Assembly: GCA_951406725.2 (NCBI GenBank)
Contig: OX597838.1
Location: forward strand, 40,424,001 to 40,488,000
Direction: 5' to 3'
DNA from: Octopus vulgaris
Lineage: Eukaryota
DNA: 64,000 nucleotides
Shown: piece by piece, positions 23,881-38,134 of the stretch
How the letters are laid out: each line of letters opens with the position of its first letter
Numbering within the stretch: position 1 is the first letter of the stretch
Notes under the pieces: model-generated
What the model saw: the letters and a program-made list of their open reading frames with translations, nothing else
The model's database searches: none
Told to the model about the DNA's origin: nothing
Made by a program: the position numbers and the translations under genes

Positions 23881-25247
23881 ACTCACATCGACTTTACTTC
23901 TACAATCCCTTCATGGGATGCATCCATATTAATCGTTATTAGTGTTACATGCAGCTAAATTACATATGCTTCCCTGATGATGTATAATACGACCGAAACA
24001 TGACCATTGCTTTTGCCTTTTCGAATTGAATGTGAGTTGTCTAACAACTCACATTCAATATTGTTGGAATCATTTCATGTTTTTAGTTTTTAAACAACCC
24101 GTGAGCAAATTCCTGTCAAGTAAATTCTTCGATTATTTCCGTTGAGAAATTTTCCACCTCAACAGATTACATATGCAAAACTCTCCACTTCCCGGTAACG
24201 TAATATTAGTTACACATAAACTTCAAGAACTTTACGGCTTGAACGTTTTTGATCGCAGTCCTTAAGACTGACCTACGAATAAGTGATACTAACAATAACG
24301 GATATTTCAACAGTACATTTTTATATTGGTACAATGGAGTCGAGCCCCAGGAGTTGTCTGCTCCTCCTTGTATTACATACTCTTCAGATGAATGAAAAGC
24401 CAGGCCGTGTTTGGTGGAATCTGGTGAAATTTGAACATGAGGCATGAGACTCACATCTTTTACGTTATACGAATGGGATTGTATATTATACGAGTGTATA
24501 CATGAGCTTTTATACACGAGTGTCTTTTTAATATGATGCTTCAAAACACGCATTTCTCGATACACACGAACATACATATACAAGCACTGACCACTCTACA
24601 CACACACATACATACATACACACGCAAAGCATCACGCCCACTCATACAGCCATTCACACACACACACATATACATGTGTGTATACACATATAACACACGC
24701 GTATATTGTTCCTATTATTCTCTGATCAGCGTAATCTCCTTAAGACTGATCGATTTAGCTACAAGGTCGATGTCCTTTTGTGCTGGTGGTTAACAACCGA
24801 ATTAGACATCGCTTATTTGGTAACAATTTTGGAAACATTGTTTATGGATTTGGTTTAACGAAATCTAGAGAATGTGAGAAGGCGGGGTTTTTTGTGTTCC
24901 AAAAGATGGGTTTCTATTGTCATGTTATTTATTTATTTATTTCTGAGAATGTAAGTATTTTTCTTGTTATTTTCTTGTTATTTATACTGATGTTTCAATT
25001 TCGCCCCAATTTAAACCGGAAAAAACAATTACGAGACTTTTTAATTTTTAAAAAATGATTCAAGTAATTGGAAATAAAACTTAATTAGAAAAAAAAAAGC
25101 AAGAATTCCTTTTCTGTCTTGATGGTTGACGTTGTTATTGCAGCTGCTGTTGCGGCCATAGCTGTCGGTCATGCTGTTGTTGTTGTCATCGCTGCAGTCG
25201 TTGCCAACGATGTACATGTTAATAGCAAATATATTCATCTCGCTCGT

Positions 25248-25635
25248 CGTGGAGGCGCAATGGCCCAGTGGTTAGGGCAGCGGACTCGCGGTCATAGGAT
25301 CGCGGTTTCGATTCCCAGAGCGGGCGTTGTGAGTGTTTATTGAGCGAAAACACCTAAAGCCCAACGAGGCTCCGGCAGGGGATGGTGGTGATCCCTGCTG
25401 TACTCTTTCGCCACAACTTTCTCTCACTCTTACTTCCTCTTTCTGTTGTACCTGTATTTCAAGGGGCCGGCCTTGTCACTCTCTGTGTCACGCTGAATAT
25501 CCCCGAGAACTACGTTAAGAGTACACGTGTCTGTGGAGTGCTCAGCCACTTACACGTTAATTTCACGAGCAGGCTGTTCCGTTGATTCGGATCAACCGGA
25601 ACTCTCATCGTCGTAACCGACGGAGTGCTTCCATT
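25248..25635 (+). mobile_element. tRNA-derived SINE family B1 (OR-like) with 11-bp TSD
   Basis: A box TGGCCCAGTGG, B-box-like GTTTCGATTCC; ATCTCGCTCGT at 25237-47 and 25636-46. Confidence 0.9.
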
Positions 25636-26084
25636 ATCTCGCTCGTAAATGGCGCCTTCATCCATCTCTCTGTTTCTTTTGACAAACTTTCTTATTTGTT
25701 TTGTTGTTTTTTTACTAAAGACAATTTCTTATTTTGGCAGAATTGTTAGATCGGCGGATAAATTGCTTAGCGTACTTTTTCTTCTTCCGGCTCTTTACAT
25801 TCTGAGTTCAAATTACACTGAGATTAACCTTGCATTTAATCCGTCCCGGCGTTGATAAAAAAATCTACCGGCAAGTACAGTGATTGATAGTATCGATTTA
25901 TGCCGTCCACAAAATTTACAGGTTTTGAGCCATAATTGTAAACCATTAAATGTGGCCAGTGGGCAGAATCTGCAGAGCAGGTGTACCGGCCGTTTACGTT
26001 CTGATTTCAAATTACGCTACGTTGAACTTGGCCTTTTCTCCTTTCGGGGTCCATGATATTGACTAAGCCAACTTCACTTAAAAT

Positions 26085-26345
26085 TACAGGCCTTGTGTCA
26101 TATGAGTTTTCTATCATTCCCAAAGCTCCAGTTATTATTGGTATTGTTTTTAACTTCACGCCCCACATTTTACACATTTCAGTTTCGATATCTTTGTACT
26201 TCGATAATTTCTCCACTTTTTTTTACAACATTTTGATCAGAAAGGACTGCTATGTCCATCAGTAAGAACCATTCTGCCTCTACTTTTAGTCCTGAGCTTC
26301 TTAACCGTTGTTGGGATTTTACTTTTTCTATTTCACTTTGTTTAT
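26085..26345 (-). pseudogene. R4/Dong-type LINE 3' fragment, internally deleted
   Basis: MDIAV.SDQNV..K...KYKDIETEMCKMWGVKLKTIPIITGALGMI. Confidence 0.8.
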
Positions 26346-26347
26346 TA

Positions 26348-27383
26348 TAGCCCATTATAAGGAGTGAAAGGAGAACGCTTGGTGAGTATTTGATAAATAG
26401 TAATGAAGACCTGCTGCAATATGCCGCGAAAGATATGGAGGTAAATGCAGATGAAATGATGGGCAAGGAAGAGTTTAACCAAAGAGCTGAGGAGAAGAGA
26501 AAAGAAGACCTTCTCGAAACGAGAATGCATGAACAGGTTGAAAGGAATACACAGGACGTTAAGGATAATACAGCATCGTGGGAATGGCTTGAGCGAGGTG
26601 ATTTGAAGCGTACCACTGAAAGCCTGATCATTGCTGCACAAGACCAGGCTCTCGCTACCAATTCAGTGAAATATAACGTCTATGAAACTTCTGAGACCCA
26701 GAAATGCAGACGCTATGGAAGGAGTGTGGAAAATGTGACTCACTTGGTAAGTAGATGTGAGAGTCTTGCACAAAAAGAATACTAGCGCCGCCACGATAAA
26801 GTGTGTGTGTATCTTCATTGGCTCTTATGGAGTAAATACCAATATGAAGTAACAGAGAACTGGTATGAGCATGTACCAAGTAAAGTTATGCAGGAGGATA
26901 GAAAAGTAACGATACTCTGGGACTATGATTTTCAGACGGATCATGTAATCGAACACCGTCGGCCGGATATTGTGATAAGAGAAACAATAACTCTTAGATC
27001 ATTGATGTAGCCATACCAAATGACATGAATGTTGTGAGTAAAGAGGTTGAAAGCAAAAATCACCAAGTACTCCGAATTTAAATTGGAAATGGCAAGACTG
27101 TATGGAATGCGAGGGTAATGTAAAAGTGATACCAGTGGTGATCGGAATGTTGGGCTCAATCCCATTGAAGCTTCAAAACTTCTTAAAGCAACTGGAAATC
27201 CCATGCAAGATTGATGTCCTGCAAAAAGCAGTGTTATTGGGCACAGTGCACATCTCAAGGAAAGTATTATCTGTGTGAGGTCCTTGTTGTGACTTGACGG
27301 ATGACTAAAAACTCCGATGCATGTTTACCTACACTGTGTTATGGAGGAGTAAGAATAATAATATTAATAAAAAATATAATAAC

Positions 27384-27468
<85 letters not shown>
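26348..27468 (+). mobile_element. R4/Dong-clade LINE 3' end with (TAA)n tail
   Basis: AAQDQAL, zinc knuckle, RHD, WDYDFQTDHVIEHRRPDIV, IDVAIP; tail 27352-27468. Confidence 0.9.
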
Positions 27469-27471
<3 letters not shown>

Positions 27472-27489
27472 TGAAACCATTGATCATGT

Positions 27490-28355
<866 letters not shown>

Positions 28356-28792
28356 GATAACAACAACAGCAGAAGAAGCAAAAAATATAAGCTTTCAATA
28401 TTATATGGTGTTAAATGTGTTTGACGTAAGACCAACAATGGCTGACAACCTTCTCTTTAATACAGCATCACTTATGAATTATTAATCTAGCTTTAAATAT
28501 TTGTATCTTACACGAAAATAACCTCTTAATTTTAAATGCCGATGATGTGATTCATGTAGAACGGAATGGTGGTAGTGGTATGAGTCGGGTAGGGATAGTG
28601 AGACGTGGAGATATTGAATTAAAAGTGAAACTTTCTTTAAAATTCTACCAGAGTGTAATCAAGGGCATAATTACGGTTTTCTTAATGTGTAGACAGGTAA
28701 TTTTAACAAATCATAATCTCGTTTAGATATAAAGTGGCAATGATAAATATTACTTTGATTCATATAGTGGCTTATCTGTATAAAGGAAAACA

Positions 28793-28987
<195 letters not shown>

Positions 28988-29249
28988 GAAATGTGGCCAT
29001 TTTGTACGTTTTCGCGTTCTGATGTTCTATTTCCATCTGTTGCAACTTTGTATTTCATCCTTTCTGGGTCGGTAAACTAGATACCAGCTGAGCACTGAGG
29101 CCGATGTAAATTACTTAGTTACCCCATCCCGAAATCTCTGGCATTGGGCCAAATTTCGAAACCATTATTATCATTATTATTAATCTAGTACATGCTAATT
29201 TGATTAGCAGGTTTATTATCTTGATGTTCAAATCTGAAGAATCCTGATT

Positions 29250-30010
29250 AGGATGCTTCCAGAACATAGGATGGTACGTATCTTCCGGTCAAGAATGCAA
29301 GCCTAAATTCCAATATCTTTCAGTCCCTTAGGTAGCAATCTGGGTTTTGTGTCAAGTACACCAATTAATACAGGAATAATTAGGGTCTTATTCTTCTACA
29401 ATCTCTTCAGTTCTCAGACTAGATTTTGATATCTCTCAATCCAATTTCTTTGGTACCAACTCTGTTATCCTGGAGAATTGCAAAGTCTATGAAGTTTCAC
29501 TGTTTAATTTGTCCTTTATAATCACATCTGAAGCTTCTTGCTTCAAATATTATGGTCAGTTTTTTTTTTATGAATTGACAATGTGTTCCCATTTCTTTTG
29601 TTCTGTTGTTCTTATTTCTCTCTGAATTGTTTTAATTATTTTTGCACATCCGTAGCTACTAAAAGTATTCTTATTTTACTCTTCAGAACATAAATTTTCG
29701 GAACCAGAAGAGCAGTATTAACAGTCTCTTCTGTGTTTAATAATCCTTTGCCATTTTCCTTTCTTGGTAAGAAGAGTTTGTCTGAATTTCTTTTAAGATG
29801 TTATGCATTGTATAATGTAAGCAAATTTATAGTTCTATCCAAGTTTTTTAGCTCGACCTTTATCCATTTCAGAGAGGGAGCGGAATATTCTAATTCTGGC
29901 ATAACTCGTATTTACTGCTTCGCTGATATTCCTTCCATTTAATTTAGGTTTTTAGCACCTTACTAACTCTTCTGATGTCGCCTTGTAATTTTATGTTGTC
30001 AGTTTTTCTT
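29250..30010 (-). pseudogene. Decayed R4/Dong-type LINE RT C-terminal region
   Basis: KLNGRNI..A.N..A...YSAP..W...EL..LDR..RLY..RK.GGRGL pattern across frameshifts. Confidence 0.6.
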
Positions 30011-30072
30011 CTGGCCTCTCTTCATAATAATAATATTAATAGCAGCAGCAGCAGCAGCAGCAGCAGTAGTGA

Positions 30073-30137
<65 letters not shown>

Positions 30138-30140
<3 letters not shown>

Positions 30141-31050
30141 AACCATCTTCTATGCATGGATGATTTTATAAATTTTCATGAACAAGGCAGTGGACAATTA
30201 TGCCAAAGCGACACAGATATGAAGCAATTTAATCGGCAGTGAAAACACTGCACTCTACATCGACATAGAAATCAGATAGGTGGACCACAAACGCCCTCTA
30301 GGAATAGACGAAACAACTAAAATACAACACAGAAAAAGGAAAGAGAAAATTAGGAGAGAATATTACAGAAGATTTGACTAATATTAAACATTGAACTCCA
30401 TGCTAAAATTAAGATAATAGGGATAAATAAGCTCACCGTACTAGTCAGAAATTACAGTTTCAACAGAATAAACTGGAAGATAAGTGAATTGAGAAACTTA
30501 GACAGAAAAGCCAGAAAACTATTAACATTGTACCGGAGTCACCATCTCAAAGCAGAGACAGACAGAATATATCTACCCCGCTCATAAGGGGATCGTGGCC
30601 TGACACAACTAGAGAACTACAATAAATAGCAACAGTTGAACTAGAAAAGGACTTACAACCAAAAGGTGAAAGAATACTACATGTAATGCGAGAAACAGGA
30701 AACACTTTTCTCTATACACAAGGAAGCGAAAAATACAAAACAAACTAGATTGGTAGATTAACCTTAGATGACAATATAGCAGAAATGGTCGACAAGACAG
30801 AAATCAATATGAAAACAGAACTACAAAACATACATTGGAGAGTAAAATTACCCCATGGCCAATACACAGCAAGGTTTGACAAAGAAGTGAACCTAGGTAA
30901 AAGACAACAATGGCTCAAAAGCGTTGGCCTAAAAACTGAAACTTAAGGACTGATTCTTGTTGCAAAAGGAAATTTCCTCTGTTATAAGTGATGTCACAGA
31001 AAATCATACAGAAAAAAGACATTCAGTTGTAGAATATGAAAAACAACGAA
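30138..31050 (+). pseudogene. Decayed R4/Dong-type LINE RT fragment
   Basis: NHLL.MDD, KEKIRREYYRR, ELRNLDRK.RKLLT, DRIYLPRS, QWLKS.GLK.ET.GLI. Confidence 0.75.
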
Positions 31051-31199
31051 GGATTCCTCAAACAGGTAACATCTCCATTTTAGCGAAGATATTTTGTTAA
31101 TCCACTTTGAGATTTAGTTTCTAATTTGTGGAATAATTGTATTCTTTAAAAGTGCCATGGATTTTATGGAAGAAATACATTTTGGGATAATTTGTGTAA

Positions 31200-31640
31200 T
31201 TTTCAAGCAGAACCGTATTCGACTCAGCCATATTCACACTTGGTGAAATTTGAACTGCACTTTGCGTTTATCTTGAATATTCAAACGTAAAATTTTAAGG
31301 ACTTTATGTTAAGAATAAAATCAAAGGTTCTGTAATTTACGTAAAAGATAGTAAAACGCTTTGATCAGCAATTAATTCTACTTAATGAGTAACAGGCTGC
31401 TCCAGTTGTCAAAGTAATTACAGATGAATGGCGGTAATATAAAAGAATGACTTTATATAATTATCAAATATCTTTTGTTTAATCACACCTGATATTACTG
31501 ACTCCTCTCTTATACAAACAGTGATGAAGAATTTCTGGCAAACGCCTGCCCTCTCATCGAATGTCGTAAAATTTTAATTGGAAACTTTGCAACAATGGAA
31601 GATGTCACTTTCGATAAGTTCGACGAGGAAATAAATTTTC
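31200..31640 (+). pseudogene. Merlin (IS1595-like DDE) transposase remnant
   Basis: APVVKVITDEW, NY...FNH, F.W motifs; similar to 32400-32780. Confidence 0.45.
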
Positions 31641-32100
31641 TTAAAAAGATTTTAATTATTACTTCTTTCTTTTTTTTTTTTTTTTTTTGGAGGGGCCACC
31701 GATAAACTCATTTTTCAACAGTTTCAAACTGTTTGCGATGATATTTGTTATCATGATAAACGGCGGTGCATCAGCATGGCCGCAGCTCTGAGCTGAAAGT
31801 AGAGAGGAAAAAATACACTTGACGCCAGGTTTAAAAAATAACTTTGTATATTGTAAACTTCAAAATGCGATACAGTATGTTGGTAGTTTACATGAATACA
31901 CCTTTATTTAGAATTCATGATAAATATTCACCTGCCTATTAAACTAAAAGTTTATTAATAAGTTTGTTTCTTTCAAGTTTTCAGGGACTAAAATTTATTT
32001 CTTATAAAAAGAAAATCAATGAAAGAAAAATTGTCATCGTCTATTTCCATTAAGGATCTCACTGAAATAAGGTTTCATTAATTACGAGTATTTTCTTCAA

Positions 32101-32285
32101 TTACCATCACATAATTCCGGATTCAGTCCCACTGCGTAGCACCTTGGGCAAGTATTTTCTACTATAGCCTCGGGCCGATCAAAGCTTTGTGAGTGGATTT
32201 GGTAGACGGAAACTGAAAGAAGCTCGTCGTATATATGTATATATATTTTTATGTGTATGTGTTTGTGTGTCTGTGTTTGTCACCA
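32101..32285 (+). mobile_element. SINE family A, 5' half
   Basis: CAGTCCCACTGCG..CACCTTGGGCAAG..GGTAGACGGAAACTGAAAGAAG. Confidence 0.85.
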
Positions 32286-32399
32286 CTTTCGTTATTTAAA
32301 CCTTTTACTAGTGTTGTATATCGTTTCGACCTTTTGATAATAAAATGATGTCGTGAATATCTCCACGGATATAACATCATTAATAATGGTTTTGCATTG

Positions 32400-32780
32400 A
32401 TAAGCTCGGTGGAAATTGCCTGTGAAGTAGAGATAGATTTTAGCGTGAATATTCAAACAAAAATATAAGTGTTTTATGGTAACAATAGAAACAAGGCTTG
32501 TTTAACATATGTAAAGAATATTAAGAGTATTTGCTAAGCAATTAAAACTAATTATTCAGCAATAGGTTGTTCCAGGTGTCAAAGTAATTACGGTTGAATA
32601 GTATGAATCTAATAGAATAACTAGATGTAATTATCAACATCTGACTGATAATTATTCTATTTGATATTATTCACCTCGTTACGGGTTCATGAACTAACGA
32701 GGCTGACGAATTTCTGACAAACGATTAGAAATTCATTAAAAATTATTCTTTCATAGTTGAAGGAAATAAAGTACTCCCAC
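32400..32780 (+). pseudogene. Merlin (IS1595-like DDE) transposase remnant, second copy
   Basis: EVEID, VVPGVKVIT.E, NYQHLT.N resemble Merlin VEIDE / ITD.W / YxHxTVNH. Confidence 0.5.
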
Positions 32781-33055
32781 CCTAAACATATATGAACAGC
32801 GAACATTGAGTGTTTGATGTGCTGAGGAGAGTCACATCCGGACGATACGAGGCATGAATTTAATATGAGTTACAGGACATCTGGTAAAAGATATCAGTCA
32901 GTGAATATGAATATGAATTAGTAGGAGAGGGCTTCGGAGAGAAGGGGAGTCTGAAGATATGACAGGGAAGGTTGAAAAATTAGAAAAAGAATAACAAATC
33001 AATGATAATAAGAAGGAACTACACACACACATATATATATATATACATACATATA

Positions 33056-33108
<53 letters not shown>

Positions 33109-33181
33109 GCACACACACACACACACACACGCACACATACACACACGAATGAATAATAACAGACAGTGGATAAATGTCAGT

Positions 33182-33264
33182 TCATTACAGCCGTTTCGTA
33201 CGCATTTTTAATAGATGAATGAGTACATTACATCATTGCAAAAGAAAACGCATTCCTCAGATGA
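33182..33264 (-). ncRNA. Hammerhead with long stem II (left arm of inverted pair)
   Basis: UCAU-CUGAGGA-AUGCGUUUU[~35 nt]AAAAUGCGU-AC-GAAA-CGGCUG-UA|AUGA. Confidence 0.72.
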
Positions 33265-33808
33265 TACATATAATTTCGAAACAATAGAAGACCACTCCAT
33301 GAACGGAGTGGGAAAACACCTATCGGCCAGTCGAATCTGACCGCCTATAATAATCTATAGGTGATCAACTATAATGTATTTGCTTTTATATTAGCATCCT
33401 ACCTCTATATTTCTTTACCAGATAAAAACAATAGACTAAAACACTACTCATCTGCAATTATTAGAATTAATAATGAGTTCCAATCCAACCCTCCCCCACC
33501 ATAACCACCATTCCCTGTAAACTCCATAAATTCTGAACTGTATCTCTCCTCTCATCTCTTTGGGCCTTTATCTTTAACAAGGGTATGCCACACTCCTATC
33601 TGGTACTTAATTGCCATTATTTACTTTGTCTTGGGTTCAATTCTTGCTATTCACATTCCTAATCCTAGTGTAATAAGACGAATAACATAATAATACGTAT
33701 ATAGTTACCTACACTTCACCTCTAGTTTTCCACAAGGAACGAGTCTAGCTGACTCCAACTTACACCCCTCTATTCCTGACCCTTTATATTGTTTTCAAAT
33801 TATACGTA

Positions 33809-33890
33809 TCATCTGATGAATATGGTTTTTCGCAATGATTGTAATGTACTCATACATCTATTAAAACTGCGTACGAAACAGCTGTAATGA
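33809..33890 (+). ncRNA. Hammerhead with long stem II (right arm of inverted pair)
   Basis: UCAU-CUGAUGA-AUAUGGUUUU[..]AAAACUGCGU-AC-GAAA-CAGCUG-UA|AUGA. Confidence 0.72.
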
Positions 33891-34385
33891 ACTGACATTT
33901 AACCTTCTTCTGTTATTCTTCATTTGCTCGTAATACACCAAGGGATTCACGACACGTCGGACATCTTAGAGTATACCAAGCAACGTATAAACAACACATG
34001 TGCTTTGGACTAGCCCCTGGGCGCTAAATACTCGTAGGGTGGGGTTTTTTCTATGTGCACAACCGGAATATTTTACGAAACATTTGTTCGACTTAAGTGT
34101 TTAGACCCTTGTGGGCAGTAACGAAATAAGTAGTTCGCCTGCCGCTACGTTCTGATTTCAAATTCCGCCGAGGTCAACTTTGCCTTTCATCCATCCGGGT
34201 TCGATGAAATAAGTACCAGCTACGCACTGGATTCGATATGAACGACTAGCCTCCTTCCCCAGTCACATGCATCACAACCATATGTATGCGACTGCCCTTA
34301 TCAGACGGGTAGTCGTGAAGGGTATGCTGGGCTTCGTATATTTTACCCCAGTGTCACTTTGATGGCATGCGCTGCTCTCACGCTC

Positions 34386-34423
<38 letters not shown>

Positions 34424-34437
34424 TAATAATAATAATA

Positions 34438-34474
<37 letters not shown>

Positions 34475-34663
34475 CGATGATGATGACGACGATTTCTTAT
34501 ATTACATGAAGATATATCGCTACTGTCCCTGCCCCTCCCCAAGCTTTCAGTCAAACTGTAGCATCTCTTATCCTTCACTCGCTCCATGACGCTGTGTGTG
34601 TCTCGGCAAGTGATTGTAACAAACATACAGATTAAAAGCATAATAATAATTAAAATTATCATC

Positions 34664-34755
34664 TTATGGAATGTATTATCTCTCTGAGGTCCTTGTTGTG
34701 ACTTGACAGATGACTAAAGACTCCAGTGCATTCTTACCTACAGTGTTACCAATAC

Positions 34756-34825
<70 letters not shown>

Positions 34826-34827
34826 TG

Positions 34828-34893
<66 letters not shown>

Positions 34894-35265
34894 TAAATAT
34901 AAAAACTTGCTAATAGAAATTGAAAAAATGTGGCATCTCAAGGCGACTACAGTACCAGTGATTGTAGGATCTCTAGGAATGATAAAAAAAGGTACCTATT
35001 TGAAAATGATTCCAGGCTTACCATCCCTACAGGAAGTGCAAAAAGTCGTATTAACTGGAACGGCTCATATACTGAGAAGAGTACTATCGCTGTGAAAACA
35101 ATATCTATCCATGAATTTATTTATTTATGAATTTTTTAAATACACATTTTATCTGTGAATTTGCGCGTGTGATCTGGAAATGCATACAATGAGCTTCTCT
35201 GCCCTAGGTGTACGGAAAACACTCGGCGAGAAACGGAAGAAAATTTGAAGAAAGAAGGAAAAAAG

Positions 35266-35332
<67 letters not shown>
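34664..35332 (+). mobile_element. Two stacked R4/Dong-type 3' ends, each followed by (TAA)n
   Basis: TGAGGTCCTTGTTGTGACTTGAC shared with 27276; IEIEKMWHLKATTVPVIVGSLGMI..LQEVQKVVLTGTAHILR. Confidence 0.85.
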
Positions 35333-35333
<1 letters not shown>

Positions 35334-35339
35334 TTTTTT

Positions 35340-35590
35340 TTTACTTGTTTCAGTTATTTGACTGCGGCCATGCTGGAACACCGCCTTTAGTCGAGCAAAT
35401 CGACCCCGAGACTTATTCTTTGTAAGCCCAGTACTTATTCTATCGGTCTCTTTTGCCGAACCGCTAAGTGACGGGGGCGTAAACACACCAACATCGGTTG
35501 TCAAGCAATGCTAGGGAAACAAACACAGAAACACAAACACATACATATATATATACAAACATATACATATATATATATACATATATACGA
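35340..35590 (-). mobile_element. SINE family A, 3' half
   Basis: High identity to family 3' body. Confidence 0.85.
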
Positions 35591-35841
35591 CATATATATA
35601 TACATATAATAATAATAATAACATTTGCCTAAAGAGAGATAACTCCTCAGATTTACGGGGTTGATACTGCGTATAGAAGATGAGATACTTGTGAAGGGAA
35701 GATAAAGTTTTCATGACATGGCATAAACAGTTCAAAGCAGATATTCCTTCATAGGTTCTAACAAATCATTCTATACTTTAAACCACATAGCAATTATTCA
35801 GAAAAAGGCATGGCAAAGTATATATATATTGTATGATGTGT

Positions 35842-35886
<45 letters not shown>

Positions 35887-36563
35887 CGTGCGTGTGTGTT
35901 AGAATATATAGACGAGGTGGGGAGTGGTCAAGGTTTTCTGCAAGCATTATATATTTGATATATATAAATAAGTGATAAAGGACAAGGCATCAGACCCAGA
36001 CACATAAACAGGACACAAGCAAGCAGACAAGATATATATTTCTACATAGAGAGACGCATATCTTCCGATTTCTATAAAGATAAAATAGGAAATTAAATAG
36101 AAGTTCGCAATAATTCGTAATTTCAAAGTTCAGAGACAACTAATGTGAGTGTGATAGACAATCGAAAAGTGCTATTGGAAAAACCATTAATAGGTTACGG
36201 AGACTTAATAGTAATGGGGAAAATTATGAATATTATTATCGTCATCACTATCATGGTCATCAATAATTTACGTTCAGACACAAAACTTCATAAATTTACG
36301 TTTAATATCTGCCATTATTTCGCCATAATCTTCGTAAAGACATCCACAGAGATTAAATTAATAAGCAGATCATTATCCTATCTTTACCTTGTTTCAGGCT
36401 TTAGACTGCGACCATCCTGCAGCGCAGCTTTAAAGAGAGTACCTGAACAAGTTGACTCGAGTACTCTTTCCTAGTCTAGTATTTTTATCAGATTCTTTTA
36501 CCGAGTAATAGAGACCAAAACAAACCAACACCATTTGTCAAACACGAACACACACACACACAC

Positions 36564-36625
<62 letters not shown>

Positions 36626-36629
<4 letters not shown>

Positions 36630-36937
36630 AGGCGCAATGGCCCAGTGGTTAGAGTAGCGGACTCATAGTCGTAGGATCGTGGTTTCGATTCCCAGACCGG
36701 GCGTTGTGAGTGTTTATTGAGCGGAAACACCTAAAGCTCCACGAGGCTCCGGCAGGGGGTGCTGGCGATCCCTGCTGTACTCTTTCGCCACAACTTTCTC
36801 TCACTCTTTCTTCTGTTGGCCTGCTCGCTTAGCCAGCGGGGTGGGGTCATTTGAAGGCTAAAACAATGCGAAGCGCATTGTGACCAGCGATGTGTAGCAA
36901 TATCAGATAGCCTGGTCGGTCACGGTGATCACGGTGA
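36626..36937 (+). mobile_element. tRNA-derived SINE family B2 (same head as B1, different 3' half)
   Basis: Matches 63124-63436 throughout; matches 25248 only to about CTCTCACTCTT. Confidence 0.9.
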
Positions 36938-37318
36938 TATATATATACACACACACACACACACACTACAAGGAACTGTAGAGACACTTGCTGAAGCTGT
37001 CGTACACTGAAGCTGAACACAAAACTCCAAGATTGCAACAGAGCTTCTTAATGAAAGCTTGATGAGCAATAATTTCTAACAAAAGCACGAGGCCAGAAAT
37101 GCCTGTTGTGGTAGTGAGCGGAATAATCGATTATATCACCCCCAGTACATGACTGTTACTTTATTTTATGGCCCCATTAAATGAAGAAAGGCAAAGTTGA
37201 CCGGAGCGGGATGTGAACATAAATGTGTGTGCCTAATGTATGTATGTATCATGATAGATCGTTAGCCACTACACACATTCTTTTTCTCTCCTTGTTTCTC
37301 TCCTTGTTTTCTGTGCTC

Positions 37319-37354
37319 CTTTCTGGAGAAGAGCGTAGGCTCGAAACGTAAAAG
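37319..37354 (+). ncRNA. Minimal hammerhead variant in pLTR-like cassette (~37250-37443)
   Basis: CUUU-CUGGAGA-A-GAGC(GUAG)GCUC-GAAA-CG-UA|AAAG. Confidence 0.6.
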
Positions 37355-37442
37355 ACTTATCTATTCCAGTGCGTTATACTAATACATCTGTTTGTTTTGT
37401 ACACCACCTGTCTTCGTCTTTTGTTTTTTTCGTAAACTCTCC

Positions 37443-37491
<49 letters not shown>

Positions 37492-38134
37492 TGTGTGTGA
37501 TTGTGTGTGTGTGTGTGCTTGTGTGTGTGTGTGTCTGCAAGGGCTTCCTTTGGAATTACAGGGACTAACTTAAAACCACAATTTTGCGTTACTTATTATA
37601 CACTAATAACAACCACGGATATCCCCCACCTTGTATAACTCCTTCTCTCAACACCGCCGGTGAAATAGTCACTGTCCCCACCTACACGCATCCAATGAAA
37701 GAATCTACTAACACGGAAATATACAAGTCACTAAAATTTTAGCGTTAACAAACTCTTTTCTTTTTTTTTTTCTTTTTCTTTCTTTGCCTTTCGATTCCCT
37801 CTAATCATTCTGAAGATGTTTATTAAAAGTAACGAAGTAAATTTAAATTTATTCCAATTTGATAAACAGAAACAGTAGTAAATGTTCCAAATTCAATTAA
37901 ATAATGACTTTTAAACACCAATAATCCACTTCTCATTGTCAATAATTGCTCCATTTCTTATCGCTCTGTATATGTTAAACCACGGTTTTACCTTTAAATT
38001 ACCTACTACCGTAAACTTTATAACGAGGACTATACATAGTGAGGTAATACACCAGTGGTGCCTACGGATACATTTATCCCTTCGATTGTTGCATAACCTC
38101 TAACATATCTTGCTATATATATATATATATAATA

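Noticed and set aside
25248-25325. tRNA-like cloverleaf (also heads at 36626, 44568, 55723, 63124)
   Set aside because: SINE heads continuing into repeat bodies, not stand-alone tRNA genes
26487-26525. CTGAGGA-GAAG..CTTC-TC-GAAA hammerhead-like string (also near 11736)
   Set aside because: Inside a LINE reading frame; no NUH, stem I or stem III
29234-29260. CTGAAGA followed by ATCCT/AGGAT hairpin
   Set aside because: No GAAA or cleavage triplet after the stem
35618-35652. Minus-strand CTGAGGA..TAGGCAAATGTT; similar weak hits at 24381, 32703, 32822, 37810
   Set aside because: Too degenerate (G12 or GAAA lost, weak stems) to call without family alignments
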